Shown piece by piece: positions 42,601-52,700 of a stretch of 64,000 nt of DNA. A program made the translations under genes and the position numbers. The stretch comes from Bacillota bacterium (lineage in GTDB: Bacteria; Bacillota; DTU025), in contig JBMNJT010000001.1 in the NCBI GenBank assembly GCA_050951805.1, positions 1 through 64,000 of the forward strand. The letters are read 5' to 3'. The notes below the pieces were generated by a model, which was not told the origin of the DNA, ran no database searches, and worked only from the letters and a program-made list of their open reading frames with translations. Each line of letters begins with the position of its first letter. Positions within the stretch are counted from its first letter, which is position 1.

Positions 42601-45260
42601 AGCGTCCCTACATCCACTCGCGTGTTCACAGGGTCATTACTGTCTATCTCCAAACCTGCAGCCCAAAGCCCTTGAGGCAGGTTTCCAGCTGCAAAGTGGA
42701 CGGAGATACTCTCCGATTCCCCCGGCTCAATATGGCCCTCTGTAACGCTAGTGGAGATCCATGTCGGCACGAAAACGACGGACAGATCATCGTGGACATA
42801 CGCCTTGTTGTATGCCACTTCGAGACCGCAAGTGCCGTCCGCATTCTCTATTCCGATAGTGCCCTCGTTAAGCCGCGTTCCCTGCATCTTCTTGTAATTG
42901 TAGTAGATGACTCCCTCGGGCAGGAGAACGGCCTGGAATGTGTAAGTGCCATTGCCGCCTACCCGCGGCACATCCTCCCACTGGATTATGAACGCGCCAT
43001 CATCCCCATGCCAGAAGACCTTGGCGCCATCGCGACCAGGATTGAGGTCAGCCCAGAAGACCGCCAGCAGATCGTTGGGGTCGCTGGTATTGGGTATTGA
43101 TGCGTTTCGATGCTGACTCCGGGATGCTCCAAATGTGGCGTACCCATTTGAACATATGCGGATGGAAGTCTTGTTCTCCCCGTAGAAAGGAAACTCCCAC
43201 GGCAAGTCCACTTCTACGATGGACTCATCTGACATAGAAACTTCTGTCCCTATTTCAGATATATCGATCCATCTGTGGCTTACGCCAGCATTGTCGGAAT
43301 CTGCCCAAACGTAGCCAAAGCTATCAGGCCCGCCTGAGGCAAGTCTCTGCAATTTCCCATCTGCGGAAGACGCGTCCACCATTCCGATGGGCACGACGGA
43401 GATCACGTAATCGAGCGCTCCATCGCCTGAGTTAGTAATGGTAACCGACTGCTCGTCAGTCTCCCCCCACTCGAGGCGTGTTTCGAGCTCCTTCGGTTCC
43501 ACTCCTATCACAGGAGGATAGAATACGCTTATTCGAACCGAGGCACTGTTTGCGACTCCGTTGCTGTCAAACACGTAAAACTCGGCTTGATATGTGCCCT
43601 CAGTCTCGTATATATGGACCGTATCCCATTCATGTACCGGATCGCTGCCGTCGCCGAAGTCCCACCATCTGTCGGCGATCTCGCCATTGGGCGAAACAGC
43701 GGTTGCGCTGAACGTCACCGCAAGCGGCGGGGGTCCGAACGTCGGAGCGACTTCGAAAGAGGTTATTACCGGCGCTCCGCCAGCGCGAAGTGCTGCGGCT
43801 GCATTGAGCCTTCCTCCAGTTTTAACCTTCCCTTCGAACTGCGGCTTTACCTCTACGGTATCGATGATCGCGTCCCGCACGGTAGTGTCAGACCCTGCTG
43901 AACCTGCAGCGTTTGGATACAAAGGCATGTCAGGATAGAGGGAATGCACAAGAGCCGCAACTCCTGTCACATGCGGAGTGGCCATTGATGTGCCGTAGAA
44001 ATAGGCATAAGCCTCTGTCGGTTCAGATTTTGGAGGATCCGGCGGCACGGTTGACAGTATGTAGCCTCCGGGAGCGAAAATGTCAACTGAATTGGCGCCG
44101 TAGTTAGTGCCCCACCAACCCGGATAATAGCAGGGCTGGTCATTTTGCATGCTTGCAGCTACTGCAATTATATTGGGCAGATCGTAGTTGGAAGGATAGT
44201 GCGGCGTCTTGTCATTATCATTGCCCTCGTTGCCCGCAGCACACAGCAGAAGCATGTTTGAGGCAACAATAGCCTCCTCCAACGCCTTATTGTAGCCTCC
44301 TCCTCCCCAACTGCAGTTGGCAACGGAAGCACCATTATTGGAAGCATAGTTAATCGCAAGGATAGCATCGGAGGTGTAGCCCCCCTCAGGGCCGATGAAC
44401 TTCAACGGCATTATCCTTACATTCCAGTTGATGCCTGCAACTCCCATGAAGTTGTCGGTGAGTGCGCCTATGGTTCCGGCACAGTGGGTGCCGTGTTCAT
44501 CGTTGAGATAACCATAGTCGTCGCGATCATCCGGATCCCACACGGTGTTGTCTTTGTTAACGAAGTCCCAGCCATGGACATCATCGATGTATCCGTTGCC
44601 ATCGTCATCGATACCATTGCCAGGGATTTCGCCAGGGTTAACCCAGATGTTGTCATAAAGATCCGGATGGTAGATGTAGCAGCCAGTGTCGATGACAGCT
44701 ACAATGACCTCGCGCGAGCCCTTGGATATTGCCCAAGCTTCCGGCATGTCAATGTCGGCATCATCGACGGGCGTTCCCTGCATCTTCGGGTCTTTGAACT
44801 GGCAGCCCTCATTGTGCAACGCCCACATCTTCTCAAAATGAGTGTCATTGGGGATGACTGGGGAGCTGTCACAGTAGCGTATATAGTCCCTCTCTGCGTA
44901 CATTATGCCTGGAACAGCGCTCAATCTGCAGATCGCGTCGTCAGGCGCATGCCCCTCCGCAAGCTCCACTATTCCAAACCTCACGCCGTTTGGAAATCCC
45001 GCGGTGGGCTTGAAGTCGGCGACACGATAGACTGAATATCCCAGTCTCTGTATTGAATCTGTGGCAGCATTGACAGTCACAGAATCTGAAAAGCGAACTA
45101 TGACTCTGCTAGGATGATAGGTATCAGGACCAGGCTGCCATCCGCCACGAAACTCTTCCTGCAGCCCAGCGGCCCAGACACCTCCGGCAATGCAGACCAT
45201 TGCCAAAGATAGAACAAGTGCAGTAATGAGTATGAACTTGTTTCGTCGGCTATAAGCCAT
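36618..45260 (-). CDS. Giant secreted S8 subtilase with PKD/Ig, NIDO-like and propeller-like modules and a T9SS/FlgD-Ig-like C-terminal domain, copy 1 (~2880 aa)
   Basis: ATG at 45260 with an AAGGAG RBS; signal peptide; catalytic VAVIDTG, HGTHCAG and GTSMATPHV; many W(D/E)FGDG PKD motifs; C-terminal PNP..YDIAGRLV..W...G..VANGVYLY. Confidence 0.9.
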   Translation of the reverse strand: MAYSRRNKFILITALVLSLAMVCIAGGVWAAGLQEEFRGGWQPGPDTYHPSRVIVRFSDSVTVNAATDSIQRLGYSVYRVADFKPTAGFPNGVRFGIVELAEGHAPDDAICRLSAVPGIMYAERDYIRYCDSSPVIPNDTHFEKMWALHNEGCQFKDPKMQGTPVDDADIDMPEAWAISKGSREVIVAVIDTGCYIYHPDLYDNIWVNPGEIPGNGIDDDGNGYIDDVHGWDFVNKDNTVWDPDDRDDYGYLNDEHGTHCAGTIGALTDNFMGVAGINWNVRIMPLKFIGPEGGYTSDAILAINYASNNGASVANCSWGGGGYNKALEEAIVASNMLLLCAAGNEGNDNDKTPHYPSNYDLPNIIAVAASMQNDQPCYYPGWWGTNYGANSVDIFAPGGYILSTVPPDPPKSEPTEAYAYFYGTSMATPHVTGVAALVHSLYPDMPLYPNAAGSAGSDTTVRDAIIDTVEVKPQFEGKVKTGGRLNAAAALRAGGAPVITSFEVAPTFGPPPLAVTFSATAVSPNGEIADRWWDFGDGSDPVHEWDTVHIYETEGTYQAEFYVFDSNGVANSASVRISVFYPPVIGVEPKELETRLEWGETDEQSVTITNSGDGALDYVISVVPIGMVDASSADGKLQRLASGGPDSFGYVWADSDNAGVSHRWIDISEIGTEVSMSDESIVEVDLPWEFPFYGENKTSIRICSNGYATFGASRSQHRNASIPNTSDPNDLLAVFWADLNPGRDGAKVFWHGDDGAFIIQWEDVPRVGGNGTYTFQAVLLPEGVIYYNYKKMQGTRLNEGTIGIENADGTCGLEVAYNKAYVHDDLSVVFVPTWISTSVTEGHIEPGESESISVHFAAGNLPQGLWAAGLEIDSNDPVNTRVDVGTLMSVKSIIPPVIQSVSAKPWAGKAPLTVEFVATAKDRDGQIVDIVWDFGDGSEPVTGTLTPVHTYVVDGEWTASLTVTDDDGLADSATVDIVVANLPAADVNPPRFAQTIRAHRNREEKLTVTNVGDDTLILDVKVVVEEKADGAGLEIAPEGAGGPDKFGYMWIDSDDADGPEFDWVEISDVGDKLPMTKNHHCVEVDLPWSFPFYGEAHDKVTVTSDGFLTFEPMSTSVSNGPIPSPELPNALLAVYWDYLRPTMVPADGGVFQYYDEANDRFIIEWKGLPRFMRMGSLTFQAILYPDGSVLYQYLDMDMGSLALDRGTIGIENADGSDGIAILYDTAGYVKNELAIRIWPYSWLSVSPLQAELEPGDSIDLDVFFDLKPTDGGVLRGSIILETNDIRRPEIVVPVRVDVIPNSAPVITACSVDPKQGPAGTVFRFLGAAHDPDGTIVDKYWTFGDGSEPVHDVFAEHAYTRDGVYTATFTAVDNDGYETTESVKVNVQDPPSASWHPTQLDFNVASGQKTTKTLILSNAGPGTLEFGCEELPNRVPTPQRLMSKESIHDPDALNAKGIFASHPNPERSSWLPEAAGSVLKSWRAPAPMVGVWGVGVDHNSGSLVVGDIEVEPSVDYVLTSDGVFTGISWTTTWTPGWGADMAFDGRHIWQVSVGGDNGIYKLNPQTGEVAGSIAEGEWTWESQRGLAYNPDNDTFYIGGWNKDIIYNIKGESWDNPGEVIDGWSLPVGIAGLAYHPVAGILAVTANGEPDMIYFVNPVSHSIVAQFPHPMGGYYSAAGCEFDKNGNLWVASQDDVTMYLVETGLGPIDGQWFTWEPARGKVPAGGSIDIKATVDASRLKLGTHTSNMVLFTNDVEYPMIIVPVTADVAASPRITEASATPLIGEPPLEVAFHAAFSAPDTPIVSYGWDFGDGESAAVRDGVHTYEVEGDYTAVFTVIDQLGGRAEAKFIVEVKMLPNASIEPSEIEKTMVPTGVATETVTISNAGGNAPLKFTVRAREGSAPVVAMPQRVGSVSDPNALDAEGLYLPMDPAKIETAIEPGAAGNVILSWRVPSQIENPWGLGYEEVRSTLWISDSRENYDHIVTTSGTHTGAMLNTYWTSEWPADMAYDSNHGLMWQVDVGWSNGIHGLNPATGVSEVRIRDASWAAVSQRGLAYDPDTDTFYIGGWNQDIIYHIKGLDWDNPGEIIESWPFPVGIAGLAWHPDGVLWVAGNSEPDMIYGIDVESRAVIAQFPHPANDEYSSAGLALNPDGNLWVMSQKNNTMYLVETGMPIGYGIAVDPVRGVVPEGETQEITITMKAAELGKPGDDVRQHVVVATNDPFNSALYVDITVHLEAGPTITEISVDPTIGQPPLSVAFDATVVPGATPVVDVWWDFGDGSDAVHETHAEHVYAEVGTYTARFHAVDENGSEATAESKITVKWLPKLQVEPEEIDVVVLHGTEDQGIMKVRNNGDGPMNFAIKVVPSSPVLRPNPTTGYLLSGETQEVMLTFGSPGAAAGTYALEMTVSADDPFCPSVMVPVQIKVNMAPEAQITHPEAGEEINGAYEICWTVTDEDDDPDTLAIDLYWRRSGGKWNEIARELPNTGSYLWDSPEVGAGGDDFQIRIVAIDPSGASHEFVTDEFTIVNLAPNADFSFTPSPATRRDKVKFVDESTDDGEIVAWHWEFGDGAESDQESPEHQYADKGEFTVELTVTDNGGLTGTTTKTIQVGNAAPIAAFSFSPSSASVGEEVRFINESTDDGEIVAAFWEFGDGTASAGLNAKHKYGSTGTFVVKLTVIDDDKALDSIEHEIEIINLPPEVEIVRPTAGQVLTGEAMIEWEAFDPDDDADTLKITLEYKPASGGDWQAIASEVPNTGKYIWDTSKLERRGNYRIRITAVDPEGASGDATSEEFTVIALTRAVVAAPNPTSDLVTFYYDIASNGTLYVYDIAGRLVHSAELSATANAHEWNLHSSGKPVANGVYLYVVIAGEERSEVGRLVVSR

Positions 45261-45743
45261 GTACTGTTTCGTCTCCTTCCAATTGTCTCTTAAGCGATGC
45301 GTAAAGATACAGCGAACTTGTGCAATGAACAACTGAGCGGACACTGGATAATATCGTCCCGTCCGCCGGCATCACCTCCAGCTTTTTTGAGCCTGAGCAC
45401 AAAGGGTGCAAAAACCAAGATTTTCGCATCCAAGGAATTCGTCAAAGAGTAGGCCTTCCATCCTTTCGCCATGAATCTGTGCATCGTTAACAAACCAAGA
45501 TGTGATATAGATGTTCAACAGTGAATGGGAGATGTGTACTGCAGTGTTATGGCAATTAAAGGGTTCCAACCTAGATTACGTCATTTGTGCCCATGGATGT
45601 TAATGAACATTACGACAGATATTCCAATATACCTCCTTGGCGAGCATCTATTACACATAAAACCGCAATGTTCCATATAAAATTACATTTGTGTCTATCA
45701 AATTTCGGATGGAAACAATACGCAAATACTTTCTTAGAAAGAG

Positions 45744-45779
45744 AAAAGCGAAGCCTATGCAATTGCGATAGAGCCTCGC
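45744..45779 (-). terminator. Rho-independent terminator after barrel copy 2
   Basis: Minus strand GCGAGGC...GCTTCGC followed by TTTTCTCTTT; homologous to the terminator at 56422-56461. Confidence 0.65.
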
Positions 45780-45806
45780 ATATCTCTCTATGTGCGTCGC
45801 GTTTGG

Positions 45807-46685
45807 CTAGAACTTCATCCCCAGCGACAGCCTGTGGCTGTCAGGTAGGGTATTGTGGTGCTGGTAGGCGTAATCGATGTTGAAGGTCGCTGCTTCAAAG
45901 CCTGCCCCTGCAGTGAGGCATGTTCCATTCCCGCCAAAAGAGCCACCTGCGCGGAGCGCCATCTGGCGGAATCTGTACTCTGCCCCCACCTTCCCGGAAA
46001 AACCGTTGTCCATCACGGCATCCGCCGCAACGAGCAAGTTCTCCATGGGCTCGAAGGCAACTCCAAGTCCAAACGCCGGGTCAAACGCATCCTCCGCACC
46101 ACTGGAGTAGGTCACCTTGCCAAAGAGGTTCCTGCCGACTGCCCCCACGCGAATCTTGTCATCCGCCATGGAATACAAAACTCCCATGTCAGCCGTGAAG
46201 CCTTTCCCCGAGTTTTCGGGCAGCGTCTCTTGGTAGTACTTGACCGCCGCGCCGACACTCAGGTTCGGCATTACCGTCATGCCATAGCCTGCCATCACAG
46301 CAGTACTAGCCACACCAAATGTGCCAATCTCGTTTGCGAATTCATCTGTTTCTTCTATCCCGGAAGCGTCGAGCCTCAGGATTCCCGCGCCGATGTGTCG
46401 TGCCACGCCTCCTAACGCGAGGTACCCTGCTGCTCCATATTGGTTTGTATACAGCGATGTGATATCTATTCCATCAATTACGCCCAGGCCTGCCGGGTTG
46501 TAATATATGACGGAGGCGTCATCTGCCACCGCAATATGGGCGCCGCCCATTCCAAGCGCCCGCGCCCCCATGCCAAGTCCCATCATCGCCGCCGTTCCCA
46601 CCGGATCGTCCTCGGCGAATGCAGCTGATGCGGGAATCAAGGCAATTACGAGCACGAGCGCAAGCACTGTTTTCTTGATTCGCAT
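45807..46685 (-). CDS. PorV/PorQ-like outer-membrane beta-barrel, copy 2
   Basis: 7 of 292 residues differ from copy 1 by my count; ends LSLGMKF. Confidence 0.85.
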   Translation of the reverse strand: MRIKKTVLALVLVIALIPASAAFAEDDPVGTAAMMGLGMGARALGMGGAHIAVADDASVIYYNPAGLGVIDGIDITSLYTNQYGAAGYLALGGVARHIGAGILRLDASGIEETDEFANEIGTFGVASTAVMAGYGMTVMPNLSVGAAVKYYQETLPENSGKGFTADMGVLYSMADDKIRVGAVGRNLFGKVTYSSGAEDAFDPAFGLGVAFEPMENLLVAADAVMDNGFSGKVGAEYRFRQMALRAGGSFGGNGTCLTAGAGFEAATFNIDYAYQHHNTLPDSHRLSLGMKF

Positions 46686-46756
46686 TTTCCGCCCTCCTTA
46701 AGGTCAAGCTAAGGAAGTCTGGGCAGTCGCACGCGCGACCACCCAGACCCATGCAT

Positions 46757-49700
46757 CTATCTGCTCACAACAAGACGCCCGACCTCAGATCTCTCCTCAC
46801 CGGCTATCACGACGTAGAGGTATACGCCGTTTGCCACCGGCTTGCCTGATGAATGGAGGTTCCATTCATGGGCATTCGCCGTGGCTGAAAGCTCTGCAGA
46901 GTGCACGAGGCGTCCTGCGATGTCGTATACGTAGAGCGTTCCGTCAGATGCGATGTCGTAGTAGAACGTTACCAGATCAGAAGTGGGGTTCGGAGCCGCC
47001 ACTACAGCGCGAGTGAGCGCGATCACCGTGAACTCCTCGCTCGTGGCATCTCCGGACGCGCCTTCTGGGTCAACTGCTGTGATTCGGATTCTGTACTTCC
47101 CTCCACGCTCCAGTTTTGAGGTATCCCAGATGTATTTACCGGTGTTGGGCATCTCAGATGCTATGGCCTGCCAATCCCCGCCTGATGCAGGCTTGTACTC
47201 AAGGGTTATCTTGAGCGTATCTGCATCATCATCGGGATCGAAGGCCTCCCACTCGATCATCGCCTCGCCCGTTAGGACCTGGCCTGCCGTAGGCCTTACG
47301 ATCTCGACTTCCGGCGGAAGGTTGATGATCTCTATCTCGCGCGTTATCGAGCTAGCTACATTGTCGTCATCTATCACTGTCAGCTTAACCGCGAACGTGC
47401 CTGTAGAGCTGTATACGTGCTCAGGGCTCCACTGGGCACTCGTGCCCCCATCTCCGAACTCCCAGAACCATGCGACTATATCGCCATCATCGGAGGACTC
47501 GTTGGTGAACTTCACGGCTTCGCCAACCTTCGCTGGCGACGGCCTGAAGTTGAACGCCGCGATCGGCGTCGCATTCCCCACCTGAATAGTCTTTATCGCG
47601 GTTCCTGTCAGCCCGCCGTTGTCGGTGACAGTGAGCGTTATCTCGAACTCGCCCTTCTGGGTGTATTGGTGCTCTGGGCTCTCCTGGTCGCTTTCCGCAC
47701 CATCCCCGAACTCCCAATGCCACGCCACGATCTCACCGTCATCAGTCGACTCGTCGACGAACTTCACCTTGTCGCGCCGTGTGGCGGGGGACGGGGTGAA
47801 GCTGAAGTCGGCGTTCGGGGCGAGGTTTACGATGGTAAACTCGTCCGTCACGAACTCGTGGAACGCGCCTTCCGGGTCGGTGACTCTTGCCCTCAACCGG
47901 AAGGCATCGCCGGCTTCGCCCACTAGGGTGGTGTTCCATTCGAAGGAGCCGGTGTTGGCAAGCCCTGTCCCGAGCTCATGCCATGTCTCGCCATCGCGAG
48001 TCCATGCCAGATCGATCAGGAGCTCGTCTTCGTCATCATCGTGGTCCGTCGCTACCCATGTGATCTCGTATTCCCCGTGCAGCTCATCTCCGCCCACAGG
48101 CGCCGTAATCGCGACGCTAGGTGCGGCGTTAACCTTGATCGTCACCGGGACGGTAGCAAACGGATAAAGCGGGTTATCGGCCGCTACACATAAGCGAAGC
48201 GAGTATGTGCCGTACGCTGCGTCAGGGGATCCGAGCGTCAGCTGGACCTCCTGGCTTCCGCCGGGCACAATGTACCCCGACGACGGGTTGACCCTGAGGA
48301 TCGACTCGATCGGCGCGAAGATTATCGCTAAGCCATCCTCGATGTAGGGGGCGTTGTAGACCACCTGCAGGCCATCTGTGCCCGTGGCGTTCTCAATACC
48401 CACCGTGGCGCCTGTCACGTCAGCGGTCATCTCGAGGTATTGGAATATGATCGTGCCGTCAGGATACAGTATCGCCTGGAATGTATAGTCCCCAGAGTCA
48501 GTCCGCCCCGGCACCGCCTGGTATTCCACGATGAAGCTGCCTGCTTCCTGGTCGTGATAGTAATAGACGTTGCCGCCACTACCCGGATTGAGGTCATCCC
48601 AGAAGATCGCAATCAGGTCGTTGGGGTCGGATGAATCAGGTATGGGAGTATTCGTCCATTCGCTCCTCGTCATCCCGAACGTCAGGTATCCGTTGGAGCA
48701 GATGCGAACCTCAGTCTTCATCTCCCCGTAGAACGGGAAGGGGAACGGAAGATCCACATCGACAAAGGACTCGTCGTACAGTTTCACCCCGGTTCCGACG
48801 TCGCTGATTTCGAACCAATCGAACGCGGGACCACCGTCATGGTTGCTGTCCATCCAGATGTACCCACATCCGGCAGGTTCGCCATCGGGATTTTTGGGAA
48901 GGTCCGGCACAATCGATATTTCGAAATTCATCGGCGCCACGCCTGTGTTGCTCACTGTCAAGACAGCCTGCTCTTCTTCACCGGCTTGAATGATCGCATT
49001 GATCTCGCCTGGTTCAACCCCAAGCACAGGCAGCCATTTGACTGTAACTGCAAGCTCGGCAATCGCCTCGACTTCGTTTTCATCTATTGCGTGGAAGGTC
49101 GCTTTGTATACTCCGACGTCAGTGTATACATGCTCTGTTGCGGCTTTATGCACCAGGTCGCTGCCATCGCCGAAATCCCACCAGATATCAATTATGTCGG
49201 TAGCACCCGGTTCGGTCACTGCATTGAATGCCACCTTAAGCGGCGGCTCGCCTATGGTCGGCGTCGCAGTGGCTTCGGCAATGGTAGGCCCTGCCTCGAT
49301 GTGGACGATCAAGTCCACGTTGAGTATGGCGTTTTCGGGGTCGTTAGTCCTTATTCTCAAGTAACGCCTCACATCATCGCCCGGCTTGCCCAGCGCTTCA
49401 GCGTTGATCGTGACATCCAGTTCTTCGGTTTCGCCCATGGCAACTGTGCCGTCTATTGAAGACATGGCAATTCCCGGCGCCCATGGCATGTCGGTGCTCA
49501 CGAGGTACACGCGGCTATTATCTATCGATACAACCCACAGGTTGCCATCGCTGTTGAGCGCAAGTCCACCTCCATGGTACTCTCCGCCGAATGGATGCGG
49601 GAACTGGTGCACGACTTCGAGCGCGTCGAGATCGAGCCCGAATATCATGTCGGGAGAGCCGTTGTTCGATACCCACAGGATTCCGTCTGGGTGCCATGCA

Positions 49701-52700
49701 AGTCCAGCTATGCCTACTGGGAACTTATAGGCGCTGATCACCGAGCCGGGGCTCTCGTGGCTTGGCCCATTGATATGGTAGATGATGTCCTCGTCCCATC
49801 CGCCGATGAAGAAGGTATCATCTTCCGCCCTGTAAGCAAGGCCCCGTTGCGATGAGTATGTCCAAGGCCCATCCGTGATCTTCATGACCACTGCGCCTGT
49901 TTCAGGGTCAAGTCCGTATATGCCGTTGTCTCCGCCCACGTTGACCTGCCACATCAGGTCTCGGTTGGCGTCATAGGCCATGTCGGCCACCCACGATCCT
50001 GCCCACGGCGTACGGAATATCAGCCCGGTGTGGGCGCCTTCCGGCGTCACAACATGATCCTTCTTGGCCTGCGCATCGGAGATCCAGAGGTTGCCATCGA
50101 AGCCAACGCCCCATGGCATATCGATCTGGGAAGGCACAGGCCACGACGTGATTACGTCTCCAACTGCGCCCGGCTCGATGGAGGCTGCGATTTTCTCGAC
50201 CAACTCAGGCGCGATCGAGGCATAGAGTCCTTCAGCTGTTCTCGCGTTTTCATCCATTACAACGCCCACACGCTCGGGCATTGCAATCGTCGGAGCGCCT
50301 CCGCTCTTTACCCTCACCTTGAACTCGAGGTCGGCATTGCCCTCAACGTTGCCCAAGGCGACAGTCTTCGTGACGCTGCCGCGAGGTGACAGGGTGACTT
50401 CGATCGTTTCAGGCTCGCAAGTCGCACGAGGCAGCCACTTCGCTTCCACCTCGAAGCTGGCCTTATCCTCCACGCCCAGCTGGTCAAGTACTGAGAAAGT
50501 TGCAATGTATTTTCCCGGTTGAGTATAGCTGTGCGTCACATCAAGCTCGCTTGAGGATGTTCCATCCCCGAAATCCCAGCCATAGCTTGCGATCGGGACT
50601 TCAGGCGCGTCAAACTCCGCGTTAAATGCGACTTCAAGCGGGGGTTCGCCAAACGTGGGCTCCGCAGTTGCCCGCGTGATAACGGGAGGCGCCGCCACCT
50701 CCAAAGCCACCGGCACGATGATCAGCGGGTTTTCTATATCGTTCGTCCCGAGCACTACATTGGCTTCGTGCCTGCCGGGACCGAGCCGCTCGCTGTTGAC
50801 TGTGATAGTAATCGGCGCTGTGCCGCCCACCGGCACGCTGCCTTCCATCGGGCTGCCAAGTCAGCCAATCGCCGGCGCCGATCGGCCCAAGGCCGGTCTC
50901 CACCAGGTACATGGTGTTATTGGCCTGAGATGCAACCCAAAGGTTGCCATCAGGACCGAACTCGCATCCCGCGCCTGAGTAATCGCCGTTGTAGGGATGC
51001 GTGAACTGTGCGATAACGGCATGGCTTCCCGGATGGATCAAATAGATCATGTCAGGCGATGAGTTTGCGGTCGCCACGAGTATGTCGGCCACGGGGTGGT
51101 ATGCAAGGCCTGCGATGCCCACCGGCAGTGACCACTGCTCCACTATCTGACCGGGCGTGTTCCACGATTCGCCTTTGATCTTGTAGATGATGTCCTCGTC
51201 CCAACCGCCGATGTAGAAAGGTATCATCGTTGCGATTGTAGGCCAGACCGCGCTGGGAAATCCTTGTCCAACCGGGTCCAGATATTGATCCCACGACTGC
51301 GCCATTAGCGGGGTCAAGCTTGTAGATAGCGTTGTCGCCGCCTACATTGACCTGCCAGATATACTCGCCGTCGAATGCCAAGTCGCCGGCCCAGGATCCG
51401 CCGAAATTGGCGGCCCAGCTCGTTCCCGTGTATGCCCCTTCGGGTGTCACGATGTAGTCGGCTGTGGGTGTGGAATCGGGGTCGGATATTACCAGGTTCT
51501 GTGTGTCAAACAAGACCCCCACACCCCAACCTGAGGAGATAGGGCTAGGACACCGCCATCTCGTTATCACTGAGCCCACGGTGTCGGGAAGCCACTCTGA
51601 TCTTTCAGGATTTGGATGTGCTCCGTACACTCCCATGGCTGTCCGAGCCTGAGCGTCTTTGATATCTTCCGGAAGCACCAGTCTCTCCGGCATCTGCGCT
51701 AGGTTCGGGAACTCGCCGTTTCCGAAATGGAGAGCACCGGGCCCCGCATTGGAGAGAGTGACTGTTCCTGTCGCCGTCTGTCCGACGCCGATTGTGAAAT
51801 TCAACTGCCCCGGATGCCAGCTAGCAGAGGCGGCCTCCGCAACAGTCACCTTCATCGTGGCAGTAGTGATGTATCCGTCGTTGTCCACAGCTGTGAACGT
51901 AGCCGTGTATACTCCCGCAGCTGTGTAGACGTGGCTGGCAACGAATTCGTGGACGACCGGGGAGCCATCCCCGAACGACCAGTGTTTATCGACTATCGAA
52001 CCGTCGGGATCATGTGCCGCTCCAACGAACTGGAACGATGTTCCCGGAGGTCCCTGCTGAGGATTGACAGCGCATGCCCTGATCTCCGGCGGACTGTTCG
52101 GGATTATCTGGATGTTGACGGGCACTATTGTCCTCGGTTTTCGGACATCGTTGGTATGGAGCACGACCGCGCCATCCCGCGTACCCGATCTGACCATCCC
52201 GAGGTCAAATGTGACATCGAGGTCGATGCTCTCTCCGGGCGCTACCTCACCCTGGGCGGGCGCTATCGACATCCAGCTGACAGGTTTGATCTCGATTGCC
52301 AGGCCGTTGCGCATGTAGCCTTCTCTATTATTGAGCACCTCGAGGCCATCTGTGCCAGTGGCATTCTCGATGCCGATGGTGCCTTTCCCCTTATATGAAC
52401 TGATAAACCGCATATCGAGGTATTGGTACACAATCTTGCCATCGGGATAAAGGATGGCCTGGAACGTGTATTCGCCGCTCTCAGGATAACGCGGCACTTT
52501 ATTCCACTCGACTATGAAGCAGTTGTTGACTGTATCGTGATAGTAGAAGACGCCGCCATCGGTCGGAGCCTGGGGCGGATTGAGGTCGTCCCAGTAAACG
52601 GCCATCATGTCGTTTGGTTCATCCGAGGTAGGGATGGGTTTGTTTGCCCATGCATTTCCCTTCGTGCCAAACGTGAGATAACCGTCTGAACAGATCCTGA

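Noticed and set aside
45261-45344. 28 aa N-terminal extension of copy 1 in the ORF track
   Set aside because: The RBS and alignment with the copy 2 start (MADSRRN vs MAYSRRN) place the start at 45260.
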